35,261 nucleotides of DNA, from positions 1-35,261 of IMG/VR virus record IMGVR_UViG_3300034149_000053; one strand, 5' to 3'. The number at the start of each line of letters is the position of its first letter. The stretch's first letter is position 1. A program made the position numbers and the translations under genes. The notes under the pieces were generated by a model. The model was not told the origin of the DNA. It saw only the letters and a program-made list of their open reading frames with translations, and searched no databases. This stretch comes from a virus (taxonomy: Duplodnaviria; Caudoviricetes). Positions 1 through 8,477 of this stretch are shown piece after piece.

Positions 1-1
1 G

Positions 2-760
2 CAAGGGATTAATATCATGAAAATCTTTGACCCATTCTCGCAATATCTCACTATTTGACAAGGCTTTCTTGACCTGTGCATACCGTTGTTCTAACGTGCC
101 CTGTGGACGGATACTCTTCCGCCGATGATAGCCATACCACCCCACATGCTGGGCAAGAGGAGCCGTCGTCGCCCATACAATTGACTGAAACCGGAGGAGG
201 CGGCAGAACAACCCATCTTGTTCGCAATCAAACTTGGCCGGAGCGAAATGCGCTCGGCAATACTTCCGCATATCCTGAAAATACGCGGGGCGGCAGTGAG
301 GAAGGATAGACCGCAGTATCTCCCTCCGGAAACACACCCCCAACGAGGCATAGATGCCATGTGTCGTATTCTTGAGGACAGCAATGCTACATCCAAGGGG
401 TTTCATCGTTTGCTGATACCAGTGCCATGCAAAGAAGTCGGGGTGAATCATCACATCGTCTTCGATGAGAAACACGTATCTGGCATCTGTTTCATACGCA
501 TCCTTATAGGCCATCAGAATGTTATAGCTGTTCCCGTGAAAGGCATGAGGAGGACGAAGATACGTCTGAATGGATAACTGCGGGAATTTCTCTAAGACTG
601 TCTTAATCTCGGCACGAGGGGGTTGAGGTTGGCCGATATGAGCATCCACGTAGACACGGATCTGGACATGCTGGCTATCTGGACAGGCGGCGAGATAGTC
701 CATGCACAGCCACAGCATCTCCGGACGTTCAAACGTCGGGATGATAACGATATCCTTCAC
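2..760 (-). CDS. Glycosyltransferase, GT-A fold (GT2-like); 3' end runs off the window
   Basis: Not in the ORF track; translated by hand from GTG at 760: MKDIVIIPTFERPEMLWLCMDYL...RYVFLIEDDVMIHPDFF..., open to position 2. The N-terminal IIPTFERP strand and the EDD (DXD-like) motif are typical of GT-A enzymes. Confidence 0.75.
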   Translation of the reverse strand, partial: MKDIVIIPTFERPEMLWLCMDYLAACPDSQHVQIRVYVDAHIGQPQPPRAEIKTVLEKFPQLSIQTYLRPPHAFHGNSYNILMAYKDAYETDARYVFLIEDDVMIHPDFFAWHWYQQTMKPLGCSIAVLKNTTHGIYASLGVCFRREILRSILPHCRPAYFQDMRKYCRAHFAPAKFDCEQDGLFCRLLRFQSIVWATTAPLAQHVGWYGYHRRKSIRPQGTLEQRYAQVKKALSNSEILREWVKDFHDINPL

Positions 761-788
761 GAGTATGAACCACACCCTTTTATTAGCG

Positions 789-1637
789 TCATTTCAGTAA
801 CTCATACAAGGCGTATTGGAAGTCCTGTTCATCTTGGAGGAACTGAGCCCGTGCTCGGTCAGACCATTGCTGGGCCTCAGACGGGGACATCTTCATCACC
901 ACATGAATCGCCCGGGCGACGTCGCGTGCCGATACGCTGTGTAAGAGGCCCGCATGGTGCTTTCGTGTTCCTTCACTCCTCACAAGCACCGTGGGCGTCA
1001 ATTCATTCATCGGAGGCGCATCTGTCGTAATCACAATCTGTCCTGCCCCCAAGGCTTCATGAAGCACATGCCCATAGCCTTCATACGCTGAGGGCATAAT
1101 CTGACAGAAGTGCGAATTCATCATGAAAGCCAGATGGGTGTTAGTCACGCGAGTAGGCTCAGCTACCAGTGTCAACGGCACCCCAGCAATCTGGCATCCC
1201 TCTCGGACGGCTGTGGTGTTTTTGAAATGAGACTTCCCCGCCACATGGAGGTATCGTCGCTCCCGGGGAATATCAGGGTTGTAGAGATCTCTCGCCAGCC
1301 AGCCGATATACCGACACCGTGGCCCAAACTTTGGGGCGAAGATGTTGTAACAGTCATGGGTCTTGGCGAGTACCAAATCCCACTGGTAGTCTCCCCACCC
1401 TTCAAACCACCATTCGGGGTGAGGCACCACCCACTGCTGCTTGGCCGCTGAGAAGGCCGTAGGAACGACCACCTCCAAAAAGATGTTCACATCCGCAGGC
1501 GTGATGAGGAAAGGCTTGGCGTTGAACTGGACGCCTTGGACCGTGTGCCCACGCTTCTCTAGCTCTCGACGGAGTAGTTCATAGTCCTGTTGGAGCCCCA
1601 CCCCATTGGCGATGTTGCTTATGAGGTTAAAGCGCAT
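789..1637 (-). CDS. Glycosyltransferase, GT-B fold (GT4-like)
   Basis: Motif MPSAYEGYGHVLHEALGAGQIVITTDAPPMNEL (E-x7-E of GT4). Start taken as MRFNLISN at 1637, overlapping the end of the upstream gene. Confidence 0.8.
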   Translation of the reverse strand: MRFNLISNIANGVGLQQDYELLRRELEKRGHTVQGVQFNAKPFLITPADVNIFLEVVVPTAFSAAKQQWVVPHPEWWFEGWGDYQWDLVLAKTHDCYNIFAPKFGPRCRYIGWLARDLYNPDIPRERRYLHVAGKSHFKNTTAVREGCQIAGVPLTLVAEPTRVTNTHLAFMMNSHFCQIMPSAYEGYGHVLHEALGAGQIVITTDAPPMNELTPTVLVRSEGTRKHHAGLLHSVSARDVARAIHVVMKMSPSEAQQWSDRARAQFLQDEQDFQYALYELLK

Positions 1638-2320
1638 GGAAATTCTTTGGGGAGGGCTGTTGGGGGCATTCGTTGGTAGCTGGTCCCGCCCAATGACTTC
1701 GGGCACGTCTGTTGGTCATGCACTCGGGCCACCATCAACTGTCGGGCGGGCGCGATGGGCACCAGTCGGTGGGCTTCTCGGAGAGCTTGTCGGTAGAAAC
1801 GGATATCCTCACCGATTTGCAGCGATTCGAACGGATGGTGCCGCCACCACTCCCGGCGATAACACAAGGAAGTGCCGAGGACATACTGAACGGACGCATG
1901 TCGTAACTGCCAGAAGTAACACACCCCATCCCGCTGGTCATAGAACAGCATCGAATGGTAACCAGTCACCACCCCGAACGTACCCAGACGAGTAACCTGA
2001 TCCGTCACTCGATCAGGCGCGGACCAGTCATCCGAGTCGAAGTGGCAGATGACGTCTCCCGTCGCATGCCGCACACACAGGTTCCGCATATCCCCGGTAC
2101 GATGTTCACCCATAACCGGGACATACTTGATATTCGGATCAGCAGGGATGAGATAGGCCGTATCATCGTTTCCATTGTCTACGATGATTAATTCTTTCTT
2201 CGGGTAAGTTTGTGACTGAAAGCACCGGATGGCGTGCGGGATGTACGCCGCACGGTTCTTGGTAGGAAGGATACAGGAAACTAGCGGGGTTGATGGGGTA
2301 GCTGGACTGGTAGTGACCAT
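1619..2320 (-). CDS. Glycosyltransferase family 2
   Basis: PLVSCILPTKNR...CFQSQTYPKKELIIVDNG...RNLCVRHATGDVICHFDSDDW, and a later GED motif. Start taken at ATG 2320. Confidence 0.9.
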   Translation of the reverse strand: MVTTSPATPSTPLVSCILPTKNRAAYIPHAIRCFQSQTYPKKELIIVDNGNDDTAYLIPADPNIKYVPVMGEHRTGDMRNLCVRHATGDVICHFDSDDWSAPDRVTDQVTRLGTFGVVTGYHSMLFYDQRDGVCYFWQLRHASVQYVLGTSLCYRREWWRHHPFESLQIGEDIRFYRQALREAHRLVPIAPARQLMVARVHDQQTCPKSLGGTSYQRMPPTALPKEFPCALTS

Positions 2321-2745
2321 CTCTGTACCCAGCACACGGCACCGGTTCTCAGAGCCGCTGGGCTCTCGACAACGAAATGCCAAAAGTGTTTCGTGATGTC
2401 ACTCTTCTTGCCCATGAACTGCAAGCGCATCGCATCGAGATATTCTATCGCTCGGACTTTTTTCTGGCCCGTGCGGTGAATCTCATCGCCCCGCTCCACT
2501 AACACGAAACCGAGAATGATCTCACACGAGAGGCCCACGACGGCAGTTGGCCCGGGCTCGGACATGGAGCGCATGCCTTCGTAGATGATACCGACAGCCG
2601 GATACGATTTCACACCCTTCAGCACGTCAAGGAGATCGTTCTCGTCATAAGCCACGACCACCTTGCCCGTGAGGTTGACGGGTGGTGCATTCAATTGCAG
2701 CAATTTCGTGCTGGCTTCTTCAAGGACGTCGGTGAGTTTGCTCAT
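2281..2745 (-). CDS. Putative tail terminator / tail completion protein
   Basis: 154 aa with YPAVGIIYEG; follows the virion morphogenesis gene with an ATGA overlap. Call is mostly positional. Confidence 0.5.
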   Translation of the reverse strand: MSKLTDVLEEASTKLLQLNAPPVNLTGKVVVAYDENDLLDVLKGVKSYPAVGIIYEGMRSMSEPGPTAVVGLSCEIILGFVLVERGDEIHRTGQKKVRAIEYLDAMRLQFMGKKSDITKHFWHFVVESPAALRTGAVCWVQRWSLPVQLPHQPR

Positions 2746-3206
2746 GGCACCGTGCCTTGTTTCAGCCCAGCGGCCACACGACGGAGAATCACCTTCACCA
2801 TCATATCCAGATCTTCATCTGCGAAGCCTAAGAACTGCCGCTGTGGGAACCCAATCCCGAACTGATGTTTCTCCGCATAGGGGAAGCCAGTCGGTGACGT
2901 GACGTTGGTACCAATCGCTCGGGTGTTGATACTGTCGGCGTACAACTGAATACTACGAAACAATTTACCAGTATCAAACAGAGTGCCGCCACCACGACCA
3001 CTACGGGCACGACGGAGGGCCGCTTGACTGGGGGGCCATTTGTTCCCAAGTGGATCCGTCTCCACTAAGAAGCGGGCTCGCATCCGGTTGTAGATGACGG
3101 CGGCACCTTCATCCAAGATCTTCCGCGTATCGAGAGCGTCCTTCAATCCAGCGATGGATTTCAGGAGTCCCGGCTGGCCTTGCACCGAGACAGTCAGGAG
3201 CTTCAT
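2742..3206 (-). CDS. Phage virion morphogenesis protein (Mu gpG / P2 gpS-like tail completion)
   Basis: RF..ETDPLGNKWPPS...LFDTGKLFRSI...IGTN...YAEKHQFG...PQRQFLG, the characteristic pattern of this family. Confidence 0.85.
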   Translation of the reverse strand: MKLLTVSVQGQPGLLKSIAGLKDALDTRKILDEGAAVIYNRMRARFLVETDPLGNKWPPSQAALRRARSGRGGGTLFDTGKLFRSIQLYADSINTRAIGTNVTSPTGFPYAEKHQFGIGFPQRQFLGFADEDLDMMVKVILRRVAAGLKQGTVP

Positions 3207-3991
3207 ATCGACCGGAAGGTAAAGCCCTGTGTGCGGACGTAGGGTTGGAGGAGGAGGTTGGCGTGGTCTGTCAAGGTCACATACTGGTTCTTGGCTTCAT
3301 CGCTCCGATTGGTGGTCTGCTGAGCGTTGAACACCATCGGGACCAGTGACATGATGGCTTCGTAGAGGGCGTCAGGAAGGGGTTCCTGTGGCACCATAGC
3401 AGGCGTCCAGTAGGTCGCTTGGAGGGGAGAGGCGGCTACGGGAGGAATAGCCGTGCAAGTATAGGCGACGTCGTTGTACTGCACCTGTTGACCCGGCTCA
3501 TACTGCACCGTGTCCGACCAGACGTCCAGACCCTCTATCGAAAGGGGTCGAGTGCCGTCTTCGAAGCCGGTCACACATTGGAGCTTGACGTGATGGTTGC
3601 CATACGTCTGGGCATCCACGTAGAGGTAGCCCCGGTTGTGGTCCATCTTCATCAGCGACTGGTCAACCGCCGCGTAGGAGCCTGTGAAGGGACCGTAGAT
3701 GGCTCCGTCAGACGCTGTGATGACCTGTGGCACGTCTTGACGCACCAACCCACTCGGTACCTCTAGACGGTACAGACCGCCCGGGGAGATGCCTGAGAAG
3801 GCTTCTGCGTCTATGAAGTACCCGCAGTTCTGTGCCCGTCTGGCCAGATGCCCGTCAATGATCCGTTCGACATGCAATTGGGCAGCAGCAATCCCTGACG
3901 CCACCACATCCTCGATGCCGGTCAGCGTCTTGTCCAACTGCATCCGCAGAATCACATCCTGCGGATCGACAAACAGAGGCATTTGCCGCAT
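3203..3991 (-). CDS. Putative head-tail adaptor with an inserted CBM5/12-like module
   Basis: Lies between capsid and tail-completion genes; gp6/gp15-like helical termini (IAAAQLHVERII; PLPDALYEAI...LLQPYVR); insert WSDTVQYEPGQQVQYNDVAYTC...P...YW resembles carbohydrate-binding modules. Confidence 0.6.
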   Translation of the reverse strand: MRQMPLFVDPQDVILRMQLDKTLTGIEDVVASGIAAAQLHVERIIDGHLARRAQNCGYFIDAEAFSGISPGGLYRLEVPSGLVRQDVPQVITASDGAIYGPFTGSYAAVDQSLMKMDHNRGYLYVDAQTYGNHHVKLQCVTGFEDGTRPLSIEGLDVWSDTVQYEPGQQVQYNDVAYTCTAIPPVAASPLQATYWTPAMVPQEPLPDALYEAIMSLVPMVFNAQQTTNRSDEAKNQYVTLTDHANLLLQPYVRTQGFTFRSI

Positions 3992-3992
3992 G

Positions 3993-4373
3993 TCAGACCG
4001 TGACGTCCCCTTCAGAACCGGCCTGTTCTAGAATGTCGGAGATCTCGCTGTCATCCCCGATCTCGATGCGCTTCTGTTCCTTGGGCGTGACAGGCTCACC
4101 GAATTCGTTCATGGGAGGTGTAGGCTGTATGCTGGTCGCATCCACGATGACCGGCTGGGTGGACTGCCGCACCACCGGAGGCCGATACAGCTTCCAGATG
4201 GGTCGGTCATGATCCCGTTCGCCCATCAGCACGATGGCATCTTCGTTGCGGAATCGATAGGGCTTGCCTGCTTCAAACTTCCGGTCTTGCCATGTGAAGA
4301 TCTTGTAGAGCGCCAGTTCCAAGACGGTCGTCTCGTCAGTCGAAGTCTTCTGTCTCTCAGTGCGTAGCGCCAT
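3993..4373 (-). CDS. Hypothetical virion-region protein
   Basis: 126 aa ORF with AAGGAG RBS, tiling with its neighbours. Confidence 0.7.
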   Translation of the reverse strand: MALRTERQKTSTDETTVLELALYKIFTWQDRKFEAGKPYRFRNEDAIVLMGERDHDRPIWKLYRPPVVRQSTQPVIVDATSIQPTPPMNEFGEPVTPKEQKRIEIGDDSEISDILEQAGSEGDVTV

Positions 4374-4406
4374 TCGTCACACTCCTTGTGCTGTGCAATC
4401 AGTTGC

Positions 4407-4437
4407 AAAAAATGAGGGGCCGTGACTTGGCCCCTCG
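4407..4437 (-). terminator. Rho-independent terminator after the capsid operon
   Basis: Minus strand GAGGGGCC-AAGTCAC-GGCCCCTC followed by ATTTTTT. Confidence 0.8.
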
Positions 4438-4458
4438 TAATTCCGTGGTGAACGGTTG

Positions 4459-5046
4459 TTACTTCTTCGGAGGCGTGGTGTCGAGCTTCGTCTTCGGCAT
4501 CGTGGCGGCAGAACCGCTCGGGCTGTACAACGCCTCTTCGGGTGAGTCCTTCCCCCAGTCCACATTCTGCGGGATCTCCTCGTTGCCCCCGGGATCCCCT
4601 TCGGCAAACTCGGGAGTCGTCCAGCCAGCCGCACGGAGCTTCTGACCGTACTTCGCCCACTGCTTGAGGGTGACGTAGAGCTTTTCGCCATCCACGTTGG
4701 TCATCACGAAGACCTTGGGCGCTTTGCCCCAGCCAGCGGGAGCTTTCTCGCCAGCGGGATCGACGTCAGCCGTGTCCACGCGCTTTGCCTTGGACTCGCC
4801 GCTTTCCTGCTCTGTTGCGCGTGCGGATCGAACGGTTTCCGGATGCGACGGAGTGGGCGGCTGGTTCATCTCGGAGTCAGGAGGAACATTCCGTTCCACT
4901 TGCTGTTTCTCTTCCCGCTCTTTCCGTTCCCGCTCCAACTGCCGCTCGTTCTCCTGCACTTCTTCCGGAGTCATCGGTGTTCCCGCCCCGACGATCTCTT
5001 TCTTCTCTTCGAATTTCTTCTCAAACGATTTCTTTTCTTCGGCCAC
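4459..5046 (-). CDS. Hypothetical acidic, low-complexity protein downstream of the capsid gene
   Basis: 195 aa, GTG start with GGGAGG RBS, phage-like codon usage. Confidence 0.7.
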   Translation of the reverse strand: MAEEKKSFEKKFEEKKEIVGAGTPMTPEEVQENERQLERERKEREEKQQVERNVPPDSEMNQPPTPSHPETVRSARATEQESGESKAKRVDTADVDPAGEKAPAGWGKAPKVFVMTNVDGEKLYVTLKQWAKYGQKLRAAGWTTPEFAEGDPGGNEEIPQNVDWGKDSPEEALYSPSGSAATMPKTKLDTTPPKK

Positions 5047-5092
5047 GTTGCTACCTCCCGGGATACGTGATGCAATTACATAACCAGAAGGC

Positions 5093-6034
5093 TTACCGGC
5101 TTCCCGTGATGCCCGTGTACTTCACCACCGCGTTCGCTTCCTCGATCTGGAAATCGATACGAGCGGTCAGCACGATGATGAACACCCGGGCGCGGATATC
5201 CTTGTCGTACTCGATCATGATGTTGCGCTGGATGCCGAAGATCAGGTTCATCGGATCCGTGAACAGGCCGCTGGTGCCCAGCATGAGCGCCACGGGAGTC
5301 ACCTTCGACCCGTAGACGTACACGGGGAGCATGCCCTGAATCTGGGCATCACCGAGTGCCGTCTGCCGTGCGCCGTACTGATCGCGGATCTCCGTCTCGT
5401 TGTCAATCGAGACGAAGTGGCTCATCGCCGCTCGGTTCCGGAGATAGCGGGTGGGCATGGTCTTGAGAGCCTGCTTCACCGCTGCCTTGTCAAAGGCTCC
5501 ACCGACACTGACCACGTTGGCAGTCGCCATCTTCAGATAGCCGTCCTGCAAGGCCAGATAGGGATCGGCCACGTTCGTGGTGTCGCCCTGAATCGCCAGT
5601 TCTTCCAAGTCGAGTGCGGCACGTTCCGCAATCAGGTCCACGATGGTCTGATGCAACCCACCCGCGCCGGTCTGCATCGGCACGTTGATGTTGCCCCGCT
5701 CGATGTTGTCTTCCAGCACATCGTACGGAATGTTGACTTCCGCGATGACTTCCTTGGTTTCCAACTGCACCTGTCCAAGGTCAGGCTTCGACCGGAGGTT
5801 ATCGGGCAGTGGGGTGGCACTTACTGCGGGATGCAGAATGCGCGACCCGAAGCCGATCTTGTTGATCTTCATCTGGGGAGCGCCCATGGCAACCGTTCGG
5901 ACAGCGGCCAGCAGCGTGGGCTGGTCAATCAGCGTCCGAATGAACCGGTCGGTCTGCTCCGGATTCAGTTTGCCTGCCGTTTCCAGATCACTCAGTGCGA
6001 GATCCGCTTTCCGAATGACTTCCTCGTTCGTCAT
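5093..6034 (-). CDS. Major capsid protein (HK97 fold, PBSX XkdG-like)
   Basis: 313 aa; GKLNPEQTDRFI...KIGFGSRIL...YDVLEDNIE...DLEELAIQGD...DGYLK...NLIFGIQRNI; follows protease and scaffold; GAGGAG RBS. Confidence 0.9.
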   Translation of the reverse strand: MTNEEVIRKADLALSDLETAGKLNPEQTDRFIRTLIDQPTLLAAVRTVAMGAPQMKINKIGFGSRILHPAVSATPLPDNLRSKPDLGQVQLETKEVIAEVNIPYDVLEDNIERGNINVPMQTGAGGLHQTIVDLIAERAALDLEELAIQGDTTNVADPYLALQDGYLKMATANVVSVGGAFDKAAVKQALKTMPTRYLRNRAAMSHFVSIDNETEIRDQYGARQTALGDAQIQGMLPVYVYGSKVTPVALMLGTSGLFTDPMNLIFGIQRNIMIEYDKDIRARVFIIVLTARIDFQIEEANAVVKYTGITGSR

Positions 6035-6080
6035 GGACTCTCTCCTCGTTCAAAACGTTGTTGAAAGAACTAAACGGTTC

Positions 6081-7160
6081 CTACCGGCGACGACGGAGGA
6101 AGGCCGTATCGAAGTTACCCGTCCGTGGATCGTCGTCCCTCTTATCCACTCGCATCCGTGAATCCGTGCGCGGACGATCTGCGGGCACAGGGGGCGCACT
6201 CACCGTGGACTCCAACGTCTCGTTGAGAGTGTCAGCCTTCTTGACTACCTCGTCAAGCACTTTCTTCTGCTCACCTTGCTCCGTGGCAACCGCCTCGACC
6301 TTCGTGCTCAGTGACGTGATGGTGTCCTTGAGCCCAGTCAATGCGGCCAGCACTTCAGCCTTGTAGGTTTCATCCGGAGGCGGCTTCTGGTCGTCTTCCT
6401 CGTCAACCGGGGCCATCTCTGCGGGCGGGTGGTCCTTGACGCGCTTCTTCTTGTCGGCCTCGGACTCTTCCTTGATGGACTTGGCGGCGGGATTCTCAGC
6501 GGGTGTTTCTCCCGGCTTGACTTCACCCTTCTCCGCTTCCTCACACGAGCACTTCTGAACGATCTCTCGAATCACTTCGTCCAGCTTGAAGCATGCCGAA
6601 GGGAGAATGATCATCTGGTCCAGATACGCGGCGTAACTGCCCAGCACCGCTGAGGCATCTTCCTGTGGCGTCTCCGACTTGGACACCATGGTGACCTGTT
6701 CGTACAACGCCTCGGTCGCAAGGTTGAGATCAGGGAAGAAGCCCTGCTTCTCGATCATCTCGCCCATCCAGCCCGCTGGCATCTTCAGGCCAGACACGTT
6801 GACCAGCAACTGGTCACTCAGACGCACGATCTGAGTCTCCCCAGACTGGGCGGCTTGTGCGAACACGAGCGTTTCACCTTCGTCGGACTTCTGGACGCGC
6901 TCCGTAGTGAAACCGTGTGCCTTGATCGCGTCATGAATCTGCGTCCCAGCCGCGTCATCTTTCTGGGCAAAGACCACCAAGGCCGAAACATACGGTTTCC
7001 CGGTGCCATCCGACTTGAACACCTTCGTCAGATCAATGCCCATCTTACTCTCCTTGTCACGCTTCAGTACTCGGAAGGGAATGCGGGTGGCGGCTCGATC
7101 CACCAGCGAGATATACCGAACGTCGGCATCACGCAACTGCTTCAACTTCATTCGTGCCAT
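6081..7160 (-). CDS. Putative capsid scaffolding protein
   Basis: Between protease and capsid; N-terminal VRYISLVDRAA resembles the EISLVD.PA segment of prohead proteases; charged, coiled-coil C-terminal half. Confidence 0.65.
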   Translation of the reverse strand: MARMKLKQLRDADVRYISLVDRAATRIPFRVLKRDKESKMGIDLTKVFKSDGTGKPYVSALVVFAQKDDAAGTQIHDAIKAHGFTTERVQKSDEGETLVFAQAAQSGETQIVRLSDQLLVNVSGLKMPAGWMGEMIEKQGFFPDLNLATEALYEQVTMVSKSETPQEDASAVLGSYAAYLDQMIILPSACFKLDEVIREIVQKCSCEEAEKGEVKPGETPAENPAAKSIKEESEADKKKRVKDHPPAEMAPVDEEDDQKPPPDETYKAEVLAALTGLKDTITSLSTKVEAVATEQGEQKKVLDEVVKKADTLNETLESTVSAPPVPADRPRTDSRMRVDKRDDDPRTGNFDTAFLRRRR

Positions 7161-7164
7161 GATT

Positions 7165-7755
7165 TTAACTCACAATGCGGACGTTATCGACAGAGGAAAA
7201 GCGGTGCCGATGGCCTGCCGCATCTTGGGTATGAGTGCCTGCCACGATGGAATGAAAATGCCCATTTATGGTATCGGTGATGCCACCCTTGAATTGCCCA
7301 AGCGCATCATACGTGACGAAGAATTTGTGCTGATGATCTTCGGACTTACTGGTCATCCCGGTCACAACCGGAGGTATCTCTACCTCGACTTCCATATCAT
7401 GACGGGTGACCAGAGCTTCCATACTGAACCCGTTGATATCACCCTTCTTAATGGACTCCCACAGGCCCGTGTCAGGGATATGGACGCCAATCACCCATGA
7501 ACTGGGAAGGAAGCGCGTATCATCGTCTTCAGCGACAAAGGATTCAACAACACTCGCTCCCTTCACCACTTTGTTCCCATGCATCAAGTCAATCTGCCCC
7601 ATCTTACCGGAGCGAATGAATTGATGGGCCATCTTCCGAATCTCCACAGCCGTCATGTACTCACCCTGTGCATCAGGGCGATTCGGGGCATAAACTTCCC
7701 CCATCACTATCTGCAATTCCTCTGATTTGATAACAAGTTTTGATTCTTCTTTCAC
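7165..7755 (-). CDS. Prohead serine protease, XkdF family
   Basis: QIVMGEVYAPNRPDAQGEYMTAVEIRKMAHQF...IDLMH...VVESF...WVIGVHI.D..LWESIKKGDINGFSMEA; C-terminal H-x-H repeats. Confidence 0.88.
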   Translation of the reverse strand: MKEESKLVIKSEELQIVMGEVYAPNRPDAQGEYMTAVEIRKMAHQFIRSGKMGQIDLMHGNKVVKGASVVESFVAEDDDTRFLPSSWVIGVHIPDTGLWESIKKGDINGFSMEALVTRHDMEVEVEIPPVVTGMTSKSEDHQHKFFVTYDALGQFKGGITDTINGHFHSIVAGTHTQDAAGHRHRFSSVDNVRIVS

Positions 7756-8282
7756 AGGTGCCTCCAGTTATTTCCGGTTGGAGATACCGCATGAGCAATA
7801 GTAGACCGGCTCACTCCAAATTTCTTGGCAAGGGTCCGATAGCTCATAATTTGTGTGAGGCTACGAGCCTCTAACACTTGCACCTCAGTTAGCTTAGCTG
7901 TTCCAATCTTTGATCCTATCAACTTGGTGCCGTGCCTAGCACGATCCTCAGACTGCTCAACACAGGTACCCCACACCAAATTATCCAGCTTGTTATTAGC
8001 TTTGTTTCCATCCAAATGACGACATTGTTTACCCGGTGGGCATGGACCAACAAACGCAGTCAACACTAAAGCATGAACAGCCACAGTCTTCCTATCAATA
8101 ACAACTGTTCGATAGTGGTTCTGTGGCTGCACAGTTTGTTTCAACTCTCTACGCTGGTCCCAAGACAACAGTGGTCCTCGCCCGTTCAGTGGACGTGTAG
8201 ACCACACACAACCGTCTGATGACACCCAGTATCCGGGTGCCACCGAGACGATCTGTTGTTCATCGGACTTCAGGACCAGCAT
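7752..8282 (-). CDS. HNH homing endonuclease (NUMOD4-like N-terminus, HNH, C-terminal HTH)
   Basis: YWVSSDGCVWS; VHALVLTAFVGPCPPGKQCRHLDGNKANNKLDNLVWGT; AKLTEVQV...LAKKFGVSRSTI. More AT-rich than the flanking genes. Confidence 0.92.
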   Translation of the reverse strand: MLVLKSDEQQIVSVAPGYWVSSDGCVWSTRPLNGRGPLLSWDQRRELKQTVQPQNHYRTVVIDRKTVAVHALVLTAFVGPCPPGKQCRHLDGNKANNKLDNLVWGTCVEQSEDRARHGTKLIGSKIGTAKLTEVQVLEARSLTQIMSYRTLAKKFGVSRSTIAHAVSPTGNNWRHL

Positions 8283-8291
8283 GGTTCCCTC

Positions 8292-8477
8292 TTACGCGGG
8301 CGTCGGAGGTGGCGGCTGCTCCGCTGGGAGCGGGGTCGGCGTCGGAGGAGGCGTTGGTGCAATTGGTTGCTCGGGATGAGGCTGTTCACCCGGCTTACCG
8401 GGGCGTCCAGCATCCGGACGATCCCCCGGCTTTCCCGGCAGACCCACATCAGGCTTCGGCTTCTCAGGCTGCGGCAT
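8292..8477 (-). CDS. Small proline-rich protein
   Basis: 61 aa (PGKPG, PTP repeats) with AAGGAG RBS; fills the gap between neighbours. Confidence 0.5.
   Translation of the reverse strand: MPQPEKPKPDVGLPGKPGDRPDAGRPGKPGEQPHPEQPIAPTPPPTPTPLPAEQPPPPTPA

Noticed and set aside
600-630. Frameshift in the first glycosyltransferase at the G run
   Set aside because: The run has five G's and the frame stays open; the gene is missing from the ORF track only because its stop lies outside the window.
7752-8282. HNH acting as the nuclease partner of the Tas protein
   Set aside because: It is 17 kb away and has a standard NUMOD4-HNH-HTH homing architecture with its own insertion signature.
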